Virus record (IMG/VR): IMGVR_UViG_3300025803_000022
Coordinates: 1 to 41,581 of that record
Origin: a virus
Lineage: Duplodnaviria; Caudoviricetes
DNA: 41,581 nucleotides
Strand: one strand, 5' to 3'
The translations under genes and the position numbers were made by a program. The notes beneath the pieces are model-generated. The model was not told where the DNA came from. It did no database searches and saw only the letters and a list, made by a program, of their open reading frames with translations. Below are positions 10,467 through 19,992 of the stretch, in pieces (positions within the stretch are counted from its first letter, which is position 1; each line of letters opens with the position of its first letter).

Positions 10467-11332
10467 CAGTGCTTCGGTGACTGTCGGAAGTTTTGACGCA
10501 CGGTTTTCAATGCTTCTTCTTTTGTGAAGTTGTTCATGCGGGCCTTAGCCTTGCGACGCTCATTGTAATACTCCTGTCGAGCCCTGGCTTTTTCCCCTGC
10601 GGGTATCGTTGACTTGCGCTCACACAGCTTGTAGTACATATAGCAACGCAGGGCCTCCTCTGCATACACATGGATCACAGGGTAAGTAGATCGAGCTTCA
10701 TCGGCGATATACTCAAGCACAACCTCAGAAATATCAGAGCTTGTATCTAGCTCAATCCTGTTCTGCTCTAGGTTCATGCGATAGTAACCCCGCAAGTGAC
10801 CACCCCCAGCACCATATAACCTACCAAGTCCACCCTGGTACAGGTAGTTCTGGAACACGTAGAAGTCGTAGTCATTCTCCCCGTTACCACCCCCCGCAGT
10901 ATCAGTCCCATCGTCATCACGGTTCTGAATAAAATTTGCAGGAATGTCTAAAGGGCCATCTTGGCTATCGGTAGTTGCGATATCCCCGTTCGCGTCAGCA
11001 GCCTCGATGATCTGGCTCATGTTGATGTTCTTGTTTTCACCAAGCACATACACGATACCATCTGATACTATCCCCAACTTAATCAAGTCTACAAAATCGT
11101 CAGGAAGAGCCACGGTATTCGTCGCCGTGTCGATGGACCGCTTGAGAGAACGCACTCGACTGGTGACGTCAAATCCAAACTCGCGGATACCACGCAGCGC
11201 TACGTTGCGGATCGCGGCGTCGTTGACGTTACTGATGTAGTCATCAGTGTCCATAGTAATAATGAAATCGTCAATCACCTGGCGGAGACTGACGTGATTC
11301 ATTGCATCTTCTGCTACGTTTGTTAGTGGCAT
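10466..11332 (-). CDS. Tail ring/tubular (head-tail connector) protein
   Basis: 288 aa; RGIREFGFD, LPDDFVDLIKLG, VVLEYIAD, IHVYAEEALRCYMYY, YYNERRKAKAR; synteny before the muzzle gene. Confidence 0.7.
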   Translation of the reverse strand: MPLTNVAEDAMNHVSLRQVIDDFIITMDTDDYISNVNDAAIRNVALRGIREFGFDVTSRVRSLKRSIDTATNTVALPDDFVDLIKLGIVSDGIVYVLGENKNINMSQIIEAADANGDIATTDSQDGPLDIPANFIQNRDDDGTDTAGGGNGENDYDFYVFQNYLYQGGLGRLYGAGGGHLRGYYRMNLEQNRIELDTSSDISEVVLEYIADEARSTYPVIHVYAEEALRCYMYYKLCERKSTIPAGEKARARQEYYNERRKAKARMNNFTKEEALKTVRQNFRQSPKH

Positions 11333-12192
11333 TACTCAGCTTGGGTTTCCATCATTCCATATTGCATCAAGACATTGTCGCGCAAGCGCACGCCAATAAG
11401 CTGACAGATCTCCATCACCACCTCATGGATATAGTGCGCAGGTAAATCAAACCCCCTGCTGCTGTTAAGGTTTGGGATGATGAACCCCGTGCCGTCGTCA
11501 ACTGTGTTGGCCACGAAAGTGGGTTGGCTGTTTGGGATGTATTCACCCAAACCATAGTTAACAGCGAACGCTACGCCTGCTGCATCTAAGGTATTCAGCT
11601 GAACCGCAGCCTCAGCCCTAGACTGTGGTTGCCTGTAGTACCGCATCACCACACCTGTAACATCCGTGGGGAAGACCTGAAAGACCTCATTCATCTCCAA
11701 GGCTACAGGAAACTCTAGCGTAGGGGTAGACAGGTTGCTGTTCAACACACGGTTCAGTTTCTCTGAATCGTAGATAAGTTCGACGCTGGTGTTTGTCCCC
11801 TCCAGCTGCATAGAGATGAGGTGGCCAAAGTCTGAGGGGCGACGGAATGTAAACGCACCATCAGGATTCACATTGACCGTAATGGTCTGGTCTGGGTCGT
11901 TAGGATCGGGCGCCTCATCAGCATACGCATCGATGTCTGTGGTGATCAGCATATTGTTGATGTATGTGGAGAGGTCCTCCTCAACCATCTTGTATGCCGA
12001 CTTATCACGACCTGAGTCACGACCAGATTTTCGCAGTGCCGTAGCCAGCTTCATCTCATTGAACATCTCGTTATAAATGTTCTGCTGAGCCACACGGGCG
12101 AACGAAGTAAATACGTTCGGGGCGATGAATCCCTTCTGATCCTTATTCGCCAGATCGCGAACAATATTGTATACCCTAACGATACTGACCAT
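11332..12192 (-). CDS. Tail ring/adaptor protein
   Basis: Likely start ATG 12192 (MVSIVRVYNIVRDLANKDQKGFIAP..F..FA..AQ); YYRQP and FDLP..Y..EVV..I....GV.LRD motifs resembling crAss-like ring proteins. Confidence 0.65.
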   Translation of the reverse strand: MVSIVRVYNIVRDLANKDQKGFIAPNVFTSFARVAQQNIYNEMFNEMKLATALRKSGRDSGRDKSAYKMVEEDLSTYINNMLITTDIDAYADEAPDPNDPDQTITVNVNPDGAFTFRRPSDFGHLISMQLEGTNTSVELIYDSEKLNRVLNSNLSTPTLEFPVALEMNEVFQVFPTDVTGVVMRYYRQPQSRAEAAVQLNTLDAAGVAFAVNYGLGEYIPNSQPTFVANTVDDGTGFIIPNLNSSRGFDLPAHYIHEVVMEICQLIGVRLRDNVLMQYGMMETQAE

Positions 12193-12198
12193 AGTATA

Positions 12199-12206
12199 CA
12201 AATATA
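12199..12206 (-). promoter_or_regulatory. Bacteroidota-type -7 promoter box
   Basis: TATATTTG, 6 nt before ATG 12192. Confidence 0.7.
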
Positions 12207-12238
12207 AAAAAGAAAAGGCCGCGCTTGGCGGCCTTCTC
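12205..12238 (-). terminator. Rho-independent terminator
   Basis: Minus strand AAGGCCGC-CAAGC-GCGGCCTT followed by TTCTTTTTT, just after the 12256 stop. Confidence 0.85.
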
Positions 12239-12255
12239 AGCTGTGTGTCAAAGAC

Positions 12256-13095
12256 TTAGGCAAGCTTCGCCAGCTTGTCTTCTAGGTTGCTCAACACCGA
12301 CGCACCCTTCTCAGTCAGGCAGAAGCGGGTGAGTACATCAATAGGGTCCATGCCAGCAGGTACAGATACTATCACCTTGTTGCTATCAAACCACCGCACT
12401 GAATCTGGTTTGGCATTGATGAATTGATAATCCGCTGCTTGCTGCACAATAGAACGAGCCTGTACCTGCGGATTGTCAAACGACTGGATGAAATCTGACG
12501 GGTTCTTCTTCGCCACCTGCAACAGGTTATATCGGATGTCGCTGGTAGACACGTTGATGTTCACCCCATGATAGATGGCAACAGCGAGGAGATCCTCGAT
12601 GGGCTTCTCACGCACCAGCTGAATAGCATCGTTCAACAAGAACTCCTTCTGAAGTTGATCCTCAGCCTCCTTCTTCTTATCTACAGCTCGGAACAGCCCC
12701 CCTCCATTTGCTTCGTTACCTGGATGAACCTCCAGGAACTTACGCAGGTTAGGCTTATTCTTTGGCACAAAGATGCGCCCATCCCGAAAGATGACTGCTT
12801 CACGCCTGGCCTTCTCCCCCTGCTCATCAGTCCAAATGCTAGGTTCATTAGGGCAGTACCGCACCTCACGGACAGTATCTTTTTCAGGATCGTAAACAGT
12901 TACACCTTTCTGCGGGAGCATAGTGACAATGCCGCCGTTGCGGATAATCTCAAACTCCGCGTTGGAATTAACGGCCTCTTTACGCTTGAGGACTGTCTTC
13001 TTTTGTGTTTGCTTTGGAGTCTCAGCGACTTCGACTGGTTTAGTTTCAGTCTTACGCGGACGACCTGGCGCCCTGCGGGTAGTTGTTTCACTCAT
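12256..13095 (-). CDS. Conserved phage protein of the capsid module, function unknown
   Basis: 279 aa; RYCPNEPSIWTDEQ, IFRDG.IFVP, FLEVHPGN; basic N-terminus; position between capsid and ring genes. Confidence 0.6.
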   Translation of the reverse strand: MSETTTRRAPGRPRKTETKPVEVAETPKQTQKKTVLKRKEAVNSNAEFEIIRNGGIVTMLPQKGVTVYDPEKDTVREVRYCPNEPSIWTDEQGEKARREAVIFRDGRIFVPKNKPNLRKFLEVHPGNEANGGGLFRAVDKKKEAEDQLQKEFLLNDAIQLVREKPIEDLLAVAIYHGVNINVSTSDIRYNLLQVAKKNPSDFIQSFDNPQVQARSIVQQAADYQFINAKPDSVRWFDSNKVIVSVPAGMDPIDVLTRFCLTEKGASVLSNLEDKLAKLA

Positions 13096-13115
13096 TTTAA
13101 TTGAATTTGTTCAGA

Positions 13116-13123
13116 CAAATATA
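13116..13123 (-). promoter_or_regulatory. Bacteroidota-type -7 promoter box
   Basis: Intergenic TATATTTG, 20 nt before ATG 13095. Confidence 0.7.
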
Positions 13124-14389
13124 CTAAAAAGAATAGTAGTTGTATCTAGCGAACAAATCCTGGGCAATACGAGCCGCTTCTGAGCTACCGATATCAGACG
13201 GGATGACTCCAAACCTAGCAAGCTCCCCCTTCCACTCCGTTCCAGTACCGTCCCCACCGAGGCGATCAACACTCAAGTCCCCGTCGGTTTTCTGTGTGCC
13301 CTCTACTTTTCTAGGGATGTATCCAATCACATCTCCTTGATAGTCATGGATATAGATGTTAAAGTCTTTATCCCTTCTGATAACCCATACGTAGCAAATC
13401 TGCGCTCCTGCCTTGTTAGCACCTAGCGCCGCGACATCATCAAGCTTAGGGTCTTGTAATCGTGAAGCCTTGGTTCCAAAGTCTGTTGTGCTTGTCAATA
13501 CGTTTGCTGGTGCAGCAGATCCCGTGTCGAAAGAAAAGGACATAACGTCCTTTGTATCACCTCTACCGAAACCTTCAGCAGCGCTGGAACTGCTGCCATA
13601 GATAGGGTACATCTGTAACCGAGCAATCAATCCATACACCATGTACATCGTGTATTCACCAGCTACCGTCAGCTTATTATTAAGATGCAGTGCGTCAGAC
13701 GCAGTGATTGTCACAGCATCCGTAGCGAGGTTGTTGTTTCTCGCCCTGCTATGCAGCGGATTACCTGTGTCCGCATTGATGTCATAGGTGGTCCCCCCAG
13801 TACCGAGGTTGGTCCAAGTATGGCTACCACCAACATTGCTTCCAATAGTGCCTGTAAAACCAGTGTCGTTATAATCAATAATCGGCTTAGTGCTTGCGGA
13901 TGGGAACGCCACGCCCGCAATCGTAGTCGTTGCAGTACTTGTGATGTCCGTGTCGGCGGGATCATTACTGATGGTCTGCGTAGCCATAACTGTCGGCTGC
14001 TTGTACACCTTCGCTGCGATACTGTTTGCTGTACTCAGCTGTGCTTGCCTAAAGGTTGAGTTGCCCGTGACAGCGTCGAACACCATTGTATTCTTAATGG
14101 ACTTGTCATTGGCAATGAAATCCAGTACGTCACGAATAAGGCTAAACTCCTCCCCCTCTGGACAAGCCACATCGATGCTGGTTTTACGCAGAGCCTCTTT
14201 TGTGCTTGTGCTATGCTGCTCATACACCCCTGCATCATTGAATACAAAGGTCACCTTGCCTGCGGTCCCCTTCATGTGCGAGACATGGCTGGCAGGGATA
14301 GCAATAACTGATAGGTTGTCACCAGTATTAGATACCTCCTCGCTAAAGACAGTCGGGTTTTCTCTACGGAACAGGAAAAACTTTGCCAT
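13124..14389 (-). CDS. Putative structural protein with C-terminal concanavalin A/LamG-like beta-sandwich
   Basis: 421 aa, Thr/Gly-rich; WTNLG, YTMYMVY, WKGELARFGV..SDI pattern reminiscent of LamG-like folds. Confidence 0.45.
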   Translation of the reverse strand: MAKFFLFRRENPTVFSEEVSNTGDNLSVIAIPASHVSHMKGTAGKVTFVFNDAGVYEQHSTSTKEALRKTSIDVACPEGEEFSLIRDVLDFIANDKSIKNTMVFDAVTGNSTFRQAQLSTANSIAAKVYKQPTVMATQTISNDPADTDITSTATTTIAGVAFPSASTKPIIDYNDTGFTGTIGSNVGGSHTWTNLGTGGTTYDINADTGNPLHSRARNNNLATDAVTITASDALHLNNKLTVAGEYTMYMVYGLIARLQMYPIYGSSSSAAEGFGRGDTKDVMSFSFDTGSAAPANVLTSTTDFGTKASRLQDPKLDDVAALGANKAGAQICYVWVIRRDKDFNIYIHDYQGDVIGYIPRKVEGTQKTDGDLSVDRLGGDGTGTEWKGELARFGVIPSDIGSSEAARIAQDLFARYNYYSF

Positions 14390-14393
14390 CTCT

Positions 14394-14401
14394 CAAAAAT
14401 A
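14394..14401 (-). promoter_or_regulatory. Bacteroidota-type -7 promoter box
   Basis: TATTTTTG, 4 nt before ATG 14389. Confidence 0.65.
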
Positions 14402-14406
14402 CAAAT

Positions 14407-14434
14407 AAAAAAGGCCCCACTAGGGGGCCCTTTT
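14407..14434 (-). terminator. Rho-independent terminator of the capsid operon
   Basis: Minus strand GGCCCC-CTAGT-GGGGCC followed by TTTTTT, downstream of a TGATAG double stop. Confidence 0.85.
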
Positions 14435-14452
14435 CGTGTATCAGATGTGCTA

Positions 14453-14923
14453 TCAGCTGAACGGAGTTGCCAGCGTACCTGCACCGCTCAGGATGCAGCG
14501 CACGTTCCAGCCAGTCGGCGTGCCGATAAGCTCGATGCGATCGCCAATCAGACCACCTGTCGTGCTACCGTTGAGGGTGATGACCAAATCATCCCCGTCA
14601 GGTGCAAAGTACGTGAAGTCGTTAGCGGCGCCATCAGCTTCATCGCGAGTAAAGGCGTAGCCCTTGAGAAAATCGCCAGTAGCAGCAGTGATGACGTGGT
14701 TGTTAGACGTGACATCAGCAACGTTGAAGAAGCTGATGCGGGCGCCAGGCGTAGAGGCGGGGAGCGTGACAGCAATGCCTGCTGCCTTGTTCAGCCCGTA
14801 CTCCTTGCCAGCCACAGCCGTGAAGTCGGCATCAACAACGACGATATCAAAGAAGTCGTCGTATCGTTTTGCAGTCTGCAGGTTTGCACAGACTACCTCA
14901 GTGAGTTGCATTATTGAAGCCAT
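14453..14923 (-). CDS. Putative capsid decoration/auxiliary protein
   Basis: 156 aa, beta-rich (VTLPASTPG..ISF, ITLNGSTTGG.IGD.IEL); TGATG-coupled within the capsid operon. Confidence 0.5.
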   Translation of the reverse strand: MASIMQLTEVVCANLQTAKRYDDFFDIVVVDADFTAVAGKEYGLNKAAGIAVTLPASTPGARISFFNVADVTSNNHVITAATGDFLKGYAFTRDEADGAANDFTYFAPDGDDLVITLNGSTTGGLIGDRIELIGTPTGWNVRCILSGAGTLATPFS

Positions 14924-15387
14924 CAGTCAAAGATTGTATAAACAACAGAAATCTCCAGTTGATTGTCACCAGTAACAGCAGCAGCTCCAGTGGTGATACG
15001 ACCATACAAGGTGCGGGCGTCACTCAACAACGCGCCAGTACCGTTTGTTACGCCAGGCGTAGCTGCACCACCACCAGCGACGGTGAAGGAAAAGACGTTA
15101 CCTGCAGAAACAGTCAATGCATCACTACCGTCAAGAATACCGTTCGCGACAGCACCGACAATTTGTCCCCCCGCATGGTCAGTGGCAGTGCCCAGATTGA
15201 AGCCCACATCGACTGCTGATGCTACCGTGATACCCCCTAGGACACGCACGAAGACCTTATCGATAATACTATTGGCAGGCTGATCAATCTCAAAATTAGT
15301 GTTGGTGCTTTGCGCACAAGCATCAGAGATGATGATCTTGTTGGAGACAACCACTGGCCCAGGGAATGTGTGTGAAAATTTAGCCAT
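14923..15387 (-). CDS. Putative capsid decoration/auxiliary protein
   Basis: 154 aa, Gly/Ala/Thr-rich (QPANSII..V), immediately after the major capsid gene. Confidence 0.5.
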   Translation of the reverse strand: MAKFSHTFPGPVVVSNKIIISDACAQSTNTNFEIDQPANSIIDKVFVRVLGGITVASAVDVGFNLGTATDHAGGQIVGAVANGILDGSDALTVSAGNVFSFTVAGGGAATPGVTNGTGALLSDARTLYGRITTGAAAVTGDNQLEISVVYTIFD

Positions 15388-15410
15388 AATCGTTTGTGAT
15401 TATGAAGCTT

Positions 15411-15434
15411 GGGGAGGAGCCGAAACCCCTCCCC
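15411..15434 (-). promoter_or_regulatory. Stable RNA hairpin after the major capsid gene
   Basis: Minus strand GGGGAGGGGT-TTCG-GCTCCTCCCC (10 bp with two G.U pairs); no U-tract. Confidence 0.65.
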
Positions 15435-15447
15435 TCACTCCAAATGA

Positions 15448-16863
15448 TTATCCCTTGATTGCAACGTGCTGGTTAGCAGCACGAACCACGAGGTTACACT
15501 CCGAACGGTAGTGGAAGACCGCCTGGTCGCGACCTGCATCACCGTTGTTGTTGTACCCCAACACGCCACCACCAGTCACCCAGTGCTCCATCTGACGGCT
15601 GTAGCCGTTGGCCTCCTTGTAGTACATGGCCAAGGACGGAGCCTTATTACCAGTACGCGGGTCAGCCACGTTGGCCAGCGGGACCATAGCCCCCTGGTAC
15701 ACCGTGCTGGCGCCGAGGAGGGTGGGGTCGTTCAGCAGCTTCCAATCGTGCTTGTGGAAGGTGTATCCACCACGCGTGAAGCTCTTGAAGCCAAGCTGTA
15801 CAGCCATGTCAGCGTTGTTCTGGAACGCACCGAACTGACCAGGCAGACCTGCCGTGACGCTCGTAGCGATACCAGAAGCCAACATATCATCGATGGCCAA
15901 GTCTTGCTTCCGATTCAAGTACATGGCGTACTCTGCAGGAGCGCCGACCTTATCGAGCTCAAGGATGATGTCATCGATCTCAGCAAAGCTGTCGATCGGG
16001 TTAGCGTTGGCGCCAGAAACATTGATACCCAAAGTCTCCACTTGCGAGAAGTATCCGTCAGATCCAGCCAGGTCGTCCGTGAGATCCGTGCCACCCGCAC
16101 TAGTGATGTATTGCTCACCGAAGAGGAGCATCATCTCACGCTGGTCCTCGAAACGCTTCCGAGCCTCCTGCTCTGCGTACATAAACCAACGGTACTCACC
16201 ACCGCCGAGGTTGACCCAGCCGATGTTGGTAGCCTGTGAGCCACTCACCTCGTGACGACCCTTGACGATCATGAACGGGTTGCTCCGCTTGTGAACGTCA
16301 GTTTCGTTGTAGGCACCAGGCTGCTCAGAACCTTGGGCGTACATATTGCCCAGCTTGATGAAGCTACCGTTACTACTGACATCAATGTCGGCTGCCGCGA
16401 ACGTGCCACCGTCAAGCGGAACGAGGATAACGGGAGACACAGCAGTGCCCGTACCGAAACCGCCAGACTGAACGATGAAGCGGGAGCCCGTATCGACTTC
16501 CATCAGCACGTCGTTAAGCTGGACGTTGTTCACGATATCGGTGTCCGTGCAGGTCACACTCACGCCAGCACCCGTATCAGAAGTGTTAGCAAGCGTGTAG
16601 TTCAAGACCCTGTGACGACGACCCACCTCGTACCAGTCGACCTGGTCTGAGGTTCCGCCGCTTTGTACGGCGCCCGTCAGCTCCAGGAATCCTGTGATGC
16701 CTTGGTTGCCGTAAGTCTCGACAAGCTCAGGCATGACGAAGTCCTTCGTCGTCTTGATCAGGGTGTCGAGAGTCGTGTATGTTTCAGGATTAGCACGAAA
16801 GTCGAGCGCAGCCTGGTTTTGGGTTGAAACGCCATTTGTAATAGCGCCTGTAGTTGTTGCCAT
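15448..16863 (-). CDS. Major capsid protein (crAss-like, HK97 fold presumed)
   Basis: 471 aa; ETYGNQGITGFL, VSGSQATNIGW, RKRFEDQREMMLL, LGFKSFTRGGYTFHKHDWKLLND, FHYRSECNLVVRAAN; follows a scaffold-like gene. Confidence 0.85.
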   Translation of the reverse strand: MATTTGAITNGVSTQNQAALDFRANPETYTTLDTLIKTTKDFVMPELVETYGNQGITGFLELTGAVQSGGTSDQVDWYEVGRRHRVLNYTLANTSDTGAGVSVTCTDTDIVNNVQLNDVLMEVDTGSRFIVQSGGFGTGTAVSPVILVPLDGGTFAAADIDVSSNGSFIKLGNMYAQGSEQPGAYNETDVHKRSNPFMIVKGRHEVSGSQATNIGWVNLGGGEYRWFMYAEQEARKRFEDQREMMLLFGEQYITSAGGTDLTDDLAGSDGYFSQVETLGINVSGANANPIDSFAEIDDIILELDKVGAPAEYAMYLNRKQDLAIDDMLASGIATSVTAGLPGQFGAFQNNADMAVQLGFKSFTRGGYTFHKHDWKLLNDPTLLGASTVYQGAMVPLANVADPRTGNKAPSLAMYYKEANGYSRQMEHWVTGGGVLGYNNNGDAGRDQAVFHYRSECNLVVRAANQHVAIKG

Positions 16864-16875
16864 CTTTTCTTATTG

Positions 16876-18054
16876 TTAGATGTTGAATGTCATTGTGGAA
16901 CGATTTCCACGAAGAATATCCCTGACCTGTTCGCCCAGGGGGTTTGTGTTTTGAGTGCCAGAGACGTCATCAGGCGCCTTGGCTTGAACGTTAGCTGCAT
17001 TCTGCACCACTCCGCGCTGACCATCGCTCATGCCCTGCCGATAGGCAGACTGCACGATCTTATCGATGTTGTCAATCACTGTGCGGTGAGAGGACAGCAT
17101 GTCGAAATCCCAGCTCCCATCTTCACGGACGTATGGATCAAAGAAGTTTTCGAGGTTGGCGTTCTTGTACGCCAGTTGCTTCTTGTACTCCTGGTCCATT
17201 CCGAAGGTGAACGTCTTGTCGTTACCGAGATCAAACTCGATACCTTCCATAGCGTCCAGGTTATACGCCATCTCACGAACCCAGTTCTGGTCAATCAGCG
17301 GTTCGGCTTCTGCCTGCTGAGGGGCCTCTGTGGGTTTAGGGGCGACGTAATTGGAACGCATACGGTCGATACTCTCACGAGCAGACGTTGCATCCATCTT
17401 CAATTGAAGCTGAGCCATACGCTTCTGGTCATCCGTAGCATCGGCGCCAGGAGCATACTTGCTCTTGATGAGTAGTCCCAGTTCCTCCCCGTTCAGGTTC
17501 GGATGCTCTGACGCCATATGGACACGTACCGCCGTGATATCGTCCATCTCGGACGGGTTAAGCGACTGATACCTGAACCAATCTTGCGCAGACCTACCTG
17601 TGTCCTGCATAAACTTGGAGATCACTTGCAGCCCCTCATCAAGCTGCGGTTGCGACAGTTCCTCGAATGACTGAATCGGTCTCCCCAGCTTCTCGCTGAG
17701 GTATGAGATTACAGCACCATCAACATCCTGTTGCGAATACCGACCCACTTGTGGCTCAGGCTGAAACCTGCGATCATCAAATGGTTCTGTGGTTTGAGGC
17801 TCAGTAAAAGCCTCTGGCTCAACAGCCGTCGTCTCCTCCTGCTCTGCAAAATCTCTTTGCATACTAGCAGCCAAAGCTTCAGGGCTATCAAAAATTTCAA
17901 AGGGGGCCTTCTGCTCTTGAGCAGGAGCCACCTCCACAGGGGCTTCCTGAATCGTAGGCTCCTGAGTCGGAGCTTCCTGTACGGGTGCCTCTGTTACCGC
18001 TTCTTGTGCGGGGGCCTGCTCGACGACAGGCTCTTGTACTTGTGCTTCTTCCAT
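16876..18054 (-). CDS. Putative capsid scaffolding protein
   Basis: 392 aa, acidic, with Glu/Pro/Gln/Ala-rich low-complexity N-terminus (QEAP repeats) and C-terminal AYRQGMSDG; directly upstream of the capsid gene. Confidence 0.6.
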   Translation of the reverse strand: MEEAQVQEPVVEQAPAQEAVTEAPVQEAPTQEPTIQEAPVEVAPAQEQKAPFEIFDSPEALAASMQRDFAEQEETTAVEPEAFTEPQTTEPFDDRRFQPEPQVGRYSQQDVDGAVISYLSEKLGRPIQSFEELSQPQLDEGLQVISKFMQDTGRSAQDWFRYQSLNPSEMDDITAVRVHMASEHPNLNGEELGLLIKSKYAPGADATDDQKRMAQLQLKMDATSARESIDRMRSNYVAPKPTEAPQQAEAEPLIDQNWVREMAYNLDAMEGIEFDLGNDKTFTFGMDQEYKKQLAYKNANLENFFDPYVREDGSWDFDMLSSHRTVIDNIDKIVQSAYRQGMSDGQRGVVQNAANVQAKAPDDVSGTQNTNPLGEQVRDILRGNRSTMTFNI

Positions 18055-18070
18055 TTTATTTAATTATATA

Positions 18071-18331
18071 TCAATAGTATGCCAGCAGGCCAGCCCCCAC
18101 CACTGAGGTAAAGCTGCCGTACAGAGTGCCGCCAGGCTGAACCGCAATGGTCTGACTAGTAGCCACGTCTTTGTAGACAGTACTTTGGAACGTCTTCATG
18201 CGACCAATGACTGCCGCATCGATGGCGGCGTCGGTAGGATTGTGAAGGGCGTAAGTAGTATGATCCGTATAAGCATTGCTGCCTGACAGGATCACCATGT
18301 TGTTAGGAAAGGCTGAACTAGGATGTGCCAT
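18071..18331 (-). CDS. Small beta-rich putative structural protein
   Basis: 86 aa; TAATG-coupled. Confidence 0.55.
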   Translation of the reverse strand: MAHPSSAFPNNMVILSGSNAYTDHTTYALHNPTDAAIDAAVIGRMKTFQSTVYKDVATSQTIAVQPGGTLYGSFTSVVGAGLLAYY

Positions 18332-18738
18332 TAGCTGAGTCTTACTGCGGAGCTATCCAATCCGAATACTCCATAATCAATCAATTGATCCACCTTAGTC
18401 CCGTAGGCTTTTAGGCTGGTGTCGTTTTTTGCAGGAAAGAATGCAAACTCACCGCCAGCCAGCTTCATGATTACAGGGTCATCCGCTGCTGTATCCGCAT
18501 AGACATAGATGTAGTCCTCTTTCTCTACCGCCAGGTTCTGAATGAAAACGTATGCTACTTCGAGCTTATCACTAGGTTTATTGATAACCGTAGCATCAGC
18601 CCCCGCTGAGGTGCCGAGTACTTTACTGCGGATCAAACTCCCTGAATCCGCCAACACATTCGCTGACGCATTCAAAGACAGAGGTGAGCTCATCACCCCA
18701 GGGCTCTGCAGTGTTAGATTAGCTCGAATGTTCGCCAT
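18331..18738 (-). CDS. Small beta-rich putative structural protein (paralogue family)
   Basis: 135 aa; YVFIQNL...MKLAGGEFAFFP. Confidence 0.6.
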   Translation of the reverse strand: MANIRANLTLQSPGVMSSPLSLNASANVLADSGSLIRSKVLGTSAGADATVINKPSDKLEVAYVFIQNLAVEKEDYIYVYADTAADDPVIMKLAGGEFAFFPAKNDTSLKAYGTKVDQLIDYGVFGLDSSAVRLS

Positions 18739-19148
18739 TAGGCTTCGAAGATCAGTGCGTACTCAACCGTCAGAGATGTCGCAACACTGGGGGTATACAC
18801 GATGTCTGCATCAGTCGTAGTAGTATCCGCATTCCAGGGGATGAATAGCCAGTCACCTGCATACAAGCGACCGATCTCCGTCCCTCCAATTTTCACCTGA
18901 ACATACTCCGTGGCCACGGTGCTGGTGTTCTTGATGTACACCTTATGATTTTTATCGTCCGTGTAGTCTGCTGCTGCAAACAAGGTGACATCAGACGTAG
19001 CCAAAGTTGTCTTACGACCGACACCAGTAGTCTGATCCAGACCAGTGGTTGTTCCAGCCTTGGTCAGCGTGCTCGTCGTAGACAGAGCCAACGCATCACC
19101 AGTCAGGTCGGAGCTGGAGAGAGTTACTGTTGCAGTTGTCGTAGGCAT
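18738..19148 (-). CDS. Small beta-rich putative structural protein (paralogue family)
   Basis: 136 aa; KVYIKNT...GRLYAGDWLFIP. Confidence 0.6.
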   Translation of the reverse strand: MPTTTATVTLSSSDLTGDALALSTTSTLTKAGTTTGLDQTTGVGRKTTLATSDVTLFAAADYTDDKNHKVYIKNTSTVATEYVQVKIGGTEIGRLYAGDWLFIPWNADTTTTDADIVYTPSVATSLTVEYALIFEA

Positions 19149-19169
19149 TTTTCTGTTAGTATTTGCCTA

Positions 19170-19177
19170 CAAATATA
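19170..19177 (-). promoter_or_regulatory. Bacteroidota-type -7 promoter box (capsid operon)
   Basis: Intergenic TATATTTG, 21 nt before ATG 19148. Confidence 0.7.
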
Positions 19178-19186
19178 ATACTAAAT

Positions 19187-19420
19187 CTATTTGCGCTTTT
19201 TCTTTGCTTTGCTCTTAGCGCCAGCAGCAATCTTAGCTGCTTCTTTTTTACCAAAGGCAGACTTAACTCTAGCCATAGCCCAAGCATGTTGTGATGTCTT
19301 GGGTCTGTTTCCGCTGCTCATATATGCAGCCAAGCCTCTGCGATAAACTTCTTTCTGGGCAGCAGACAGCCCAGCCATACCCCCCTTCTTCGTCTTACCT
19401 CCTTTCTTGTAAACCTTCAT
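19187..19420 (-). CDS. Small basic protein
   Basis: 77 aa, Lys-rich; VYRRGLAAYMSSGNRP..SQHAWAMARV motif; N-terminal MKVYKKGG. Confidence 0.65.
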   Translation of the reverse strand: MKVYKKGGKTKKGGMAGLSAAQKEVYRRGLAAYMSSGNRPKTSQHAWAMARVKSAFGKKEAAKIAAGAKSKAKKKRK

Positions 19421-19614
19421 AGCTTATCCCGTCTCTTCATCAACTCTTTCAGACGCTTTGCTACAGCAGGGGGGAACCCCTTCTTCTTTCGCTTATCCTT
19501 TGTGCCACGATGCTTCTCGTAAATCGCCGAGATCTCACTCATCAGCCGCTTACGCTCCCCTACGTTTTTACTTCCTTTCGTGTACTTAGGGTTGAACTTC
19601 TTCACCTTAGCCAT
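19417..19614 (-). CDS. Small highly basic protein
   Basis: 65 aa, Lys/Arg-rich; overlaps both neighbours. Confidence 0.6.
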   Translation of the reverse strand: MAKVKKFNPKYTKGSKNVGERKRLMSEISAIYEKHRGTKDKRKKKGFPPAVAKRLKELMKRRDKL

Positions 19615-19792
19615 GACTGACTAGTTTAAACTTGGCCTTGGCTTCCGCACCTGGGTGTGGCTTGTAATCCCCCTTCATTAGGAAGTACCTTCCATTCTCC
19701 TGCATCCAGTGATGTCCAGCAGGTGGATCTACAGCCACAGTCTTCTGTGAGACCTTTAGCTTTCCGTTCTTGTTCTTCTTGACGGCATTCAC
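19607..19792 (-). CDS. Small basic hypothetical protein
   Basis: 61 aa; PPAGHHWM...YFLMKGDYKPHPGA; ATGA overlap with the upstream gene. Confidence 0.6.
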   Translation of the reverse strand: MNAVKKNKNGKLKVSQKTVAVDPPAGHHWMQENGRYFLMKGDYKPHPGAEAKAKFKLVSHG

Positions 19793-19992
19793 TGCATCTG
19801 ATTCTTTGCAAGCAGCATTTTGATCTCCTGGATTTCTGTCAGAAGCGTATCAATCTTGCTTTTGAACTCACCGTTGTCCATCTCCAGGACCTTAACGCGC
19901 GACTTGAGGGTGGTAAAATCTGACTGAAACTTGAGCCACATTCCTACCAGTCCCCCCGCTACTGTAAGAAGTTCGAATTGTGTAAGGTCCAT
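19789..19992 (-). CDS. Small membrane-anchored coiled-coil protein
   Basis: Likely start ATG 19992 (TAATG); hydrophobic LLTVAGGLVGMWL followed by a heptad-like tail. Confidence 0.6.
   Translation of the reverse strand: MDLTQFELLTVAGGLVGMWLKFQSDFTTLKSRVKVLEMDNGEFKSKIDTLLTEIQEIKMLLAKNQMQ

Noticed and set aside
15466-16650. Long plus-strand ORFs opposite the capsid gene
   Set aside because: Shadow ORFs arising from codon bias; no recognisable motifs or initiation signals.
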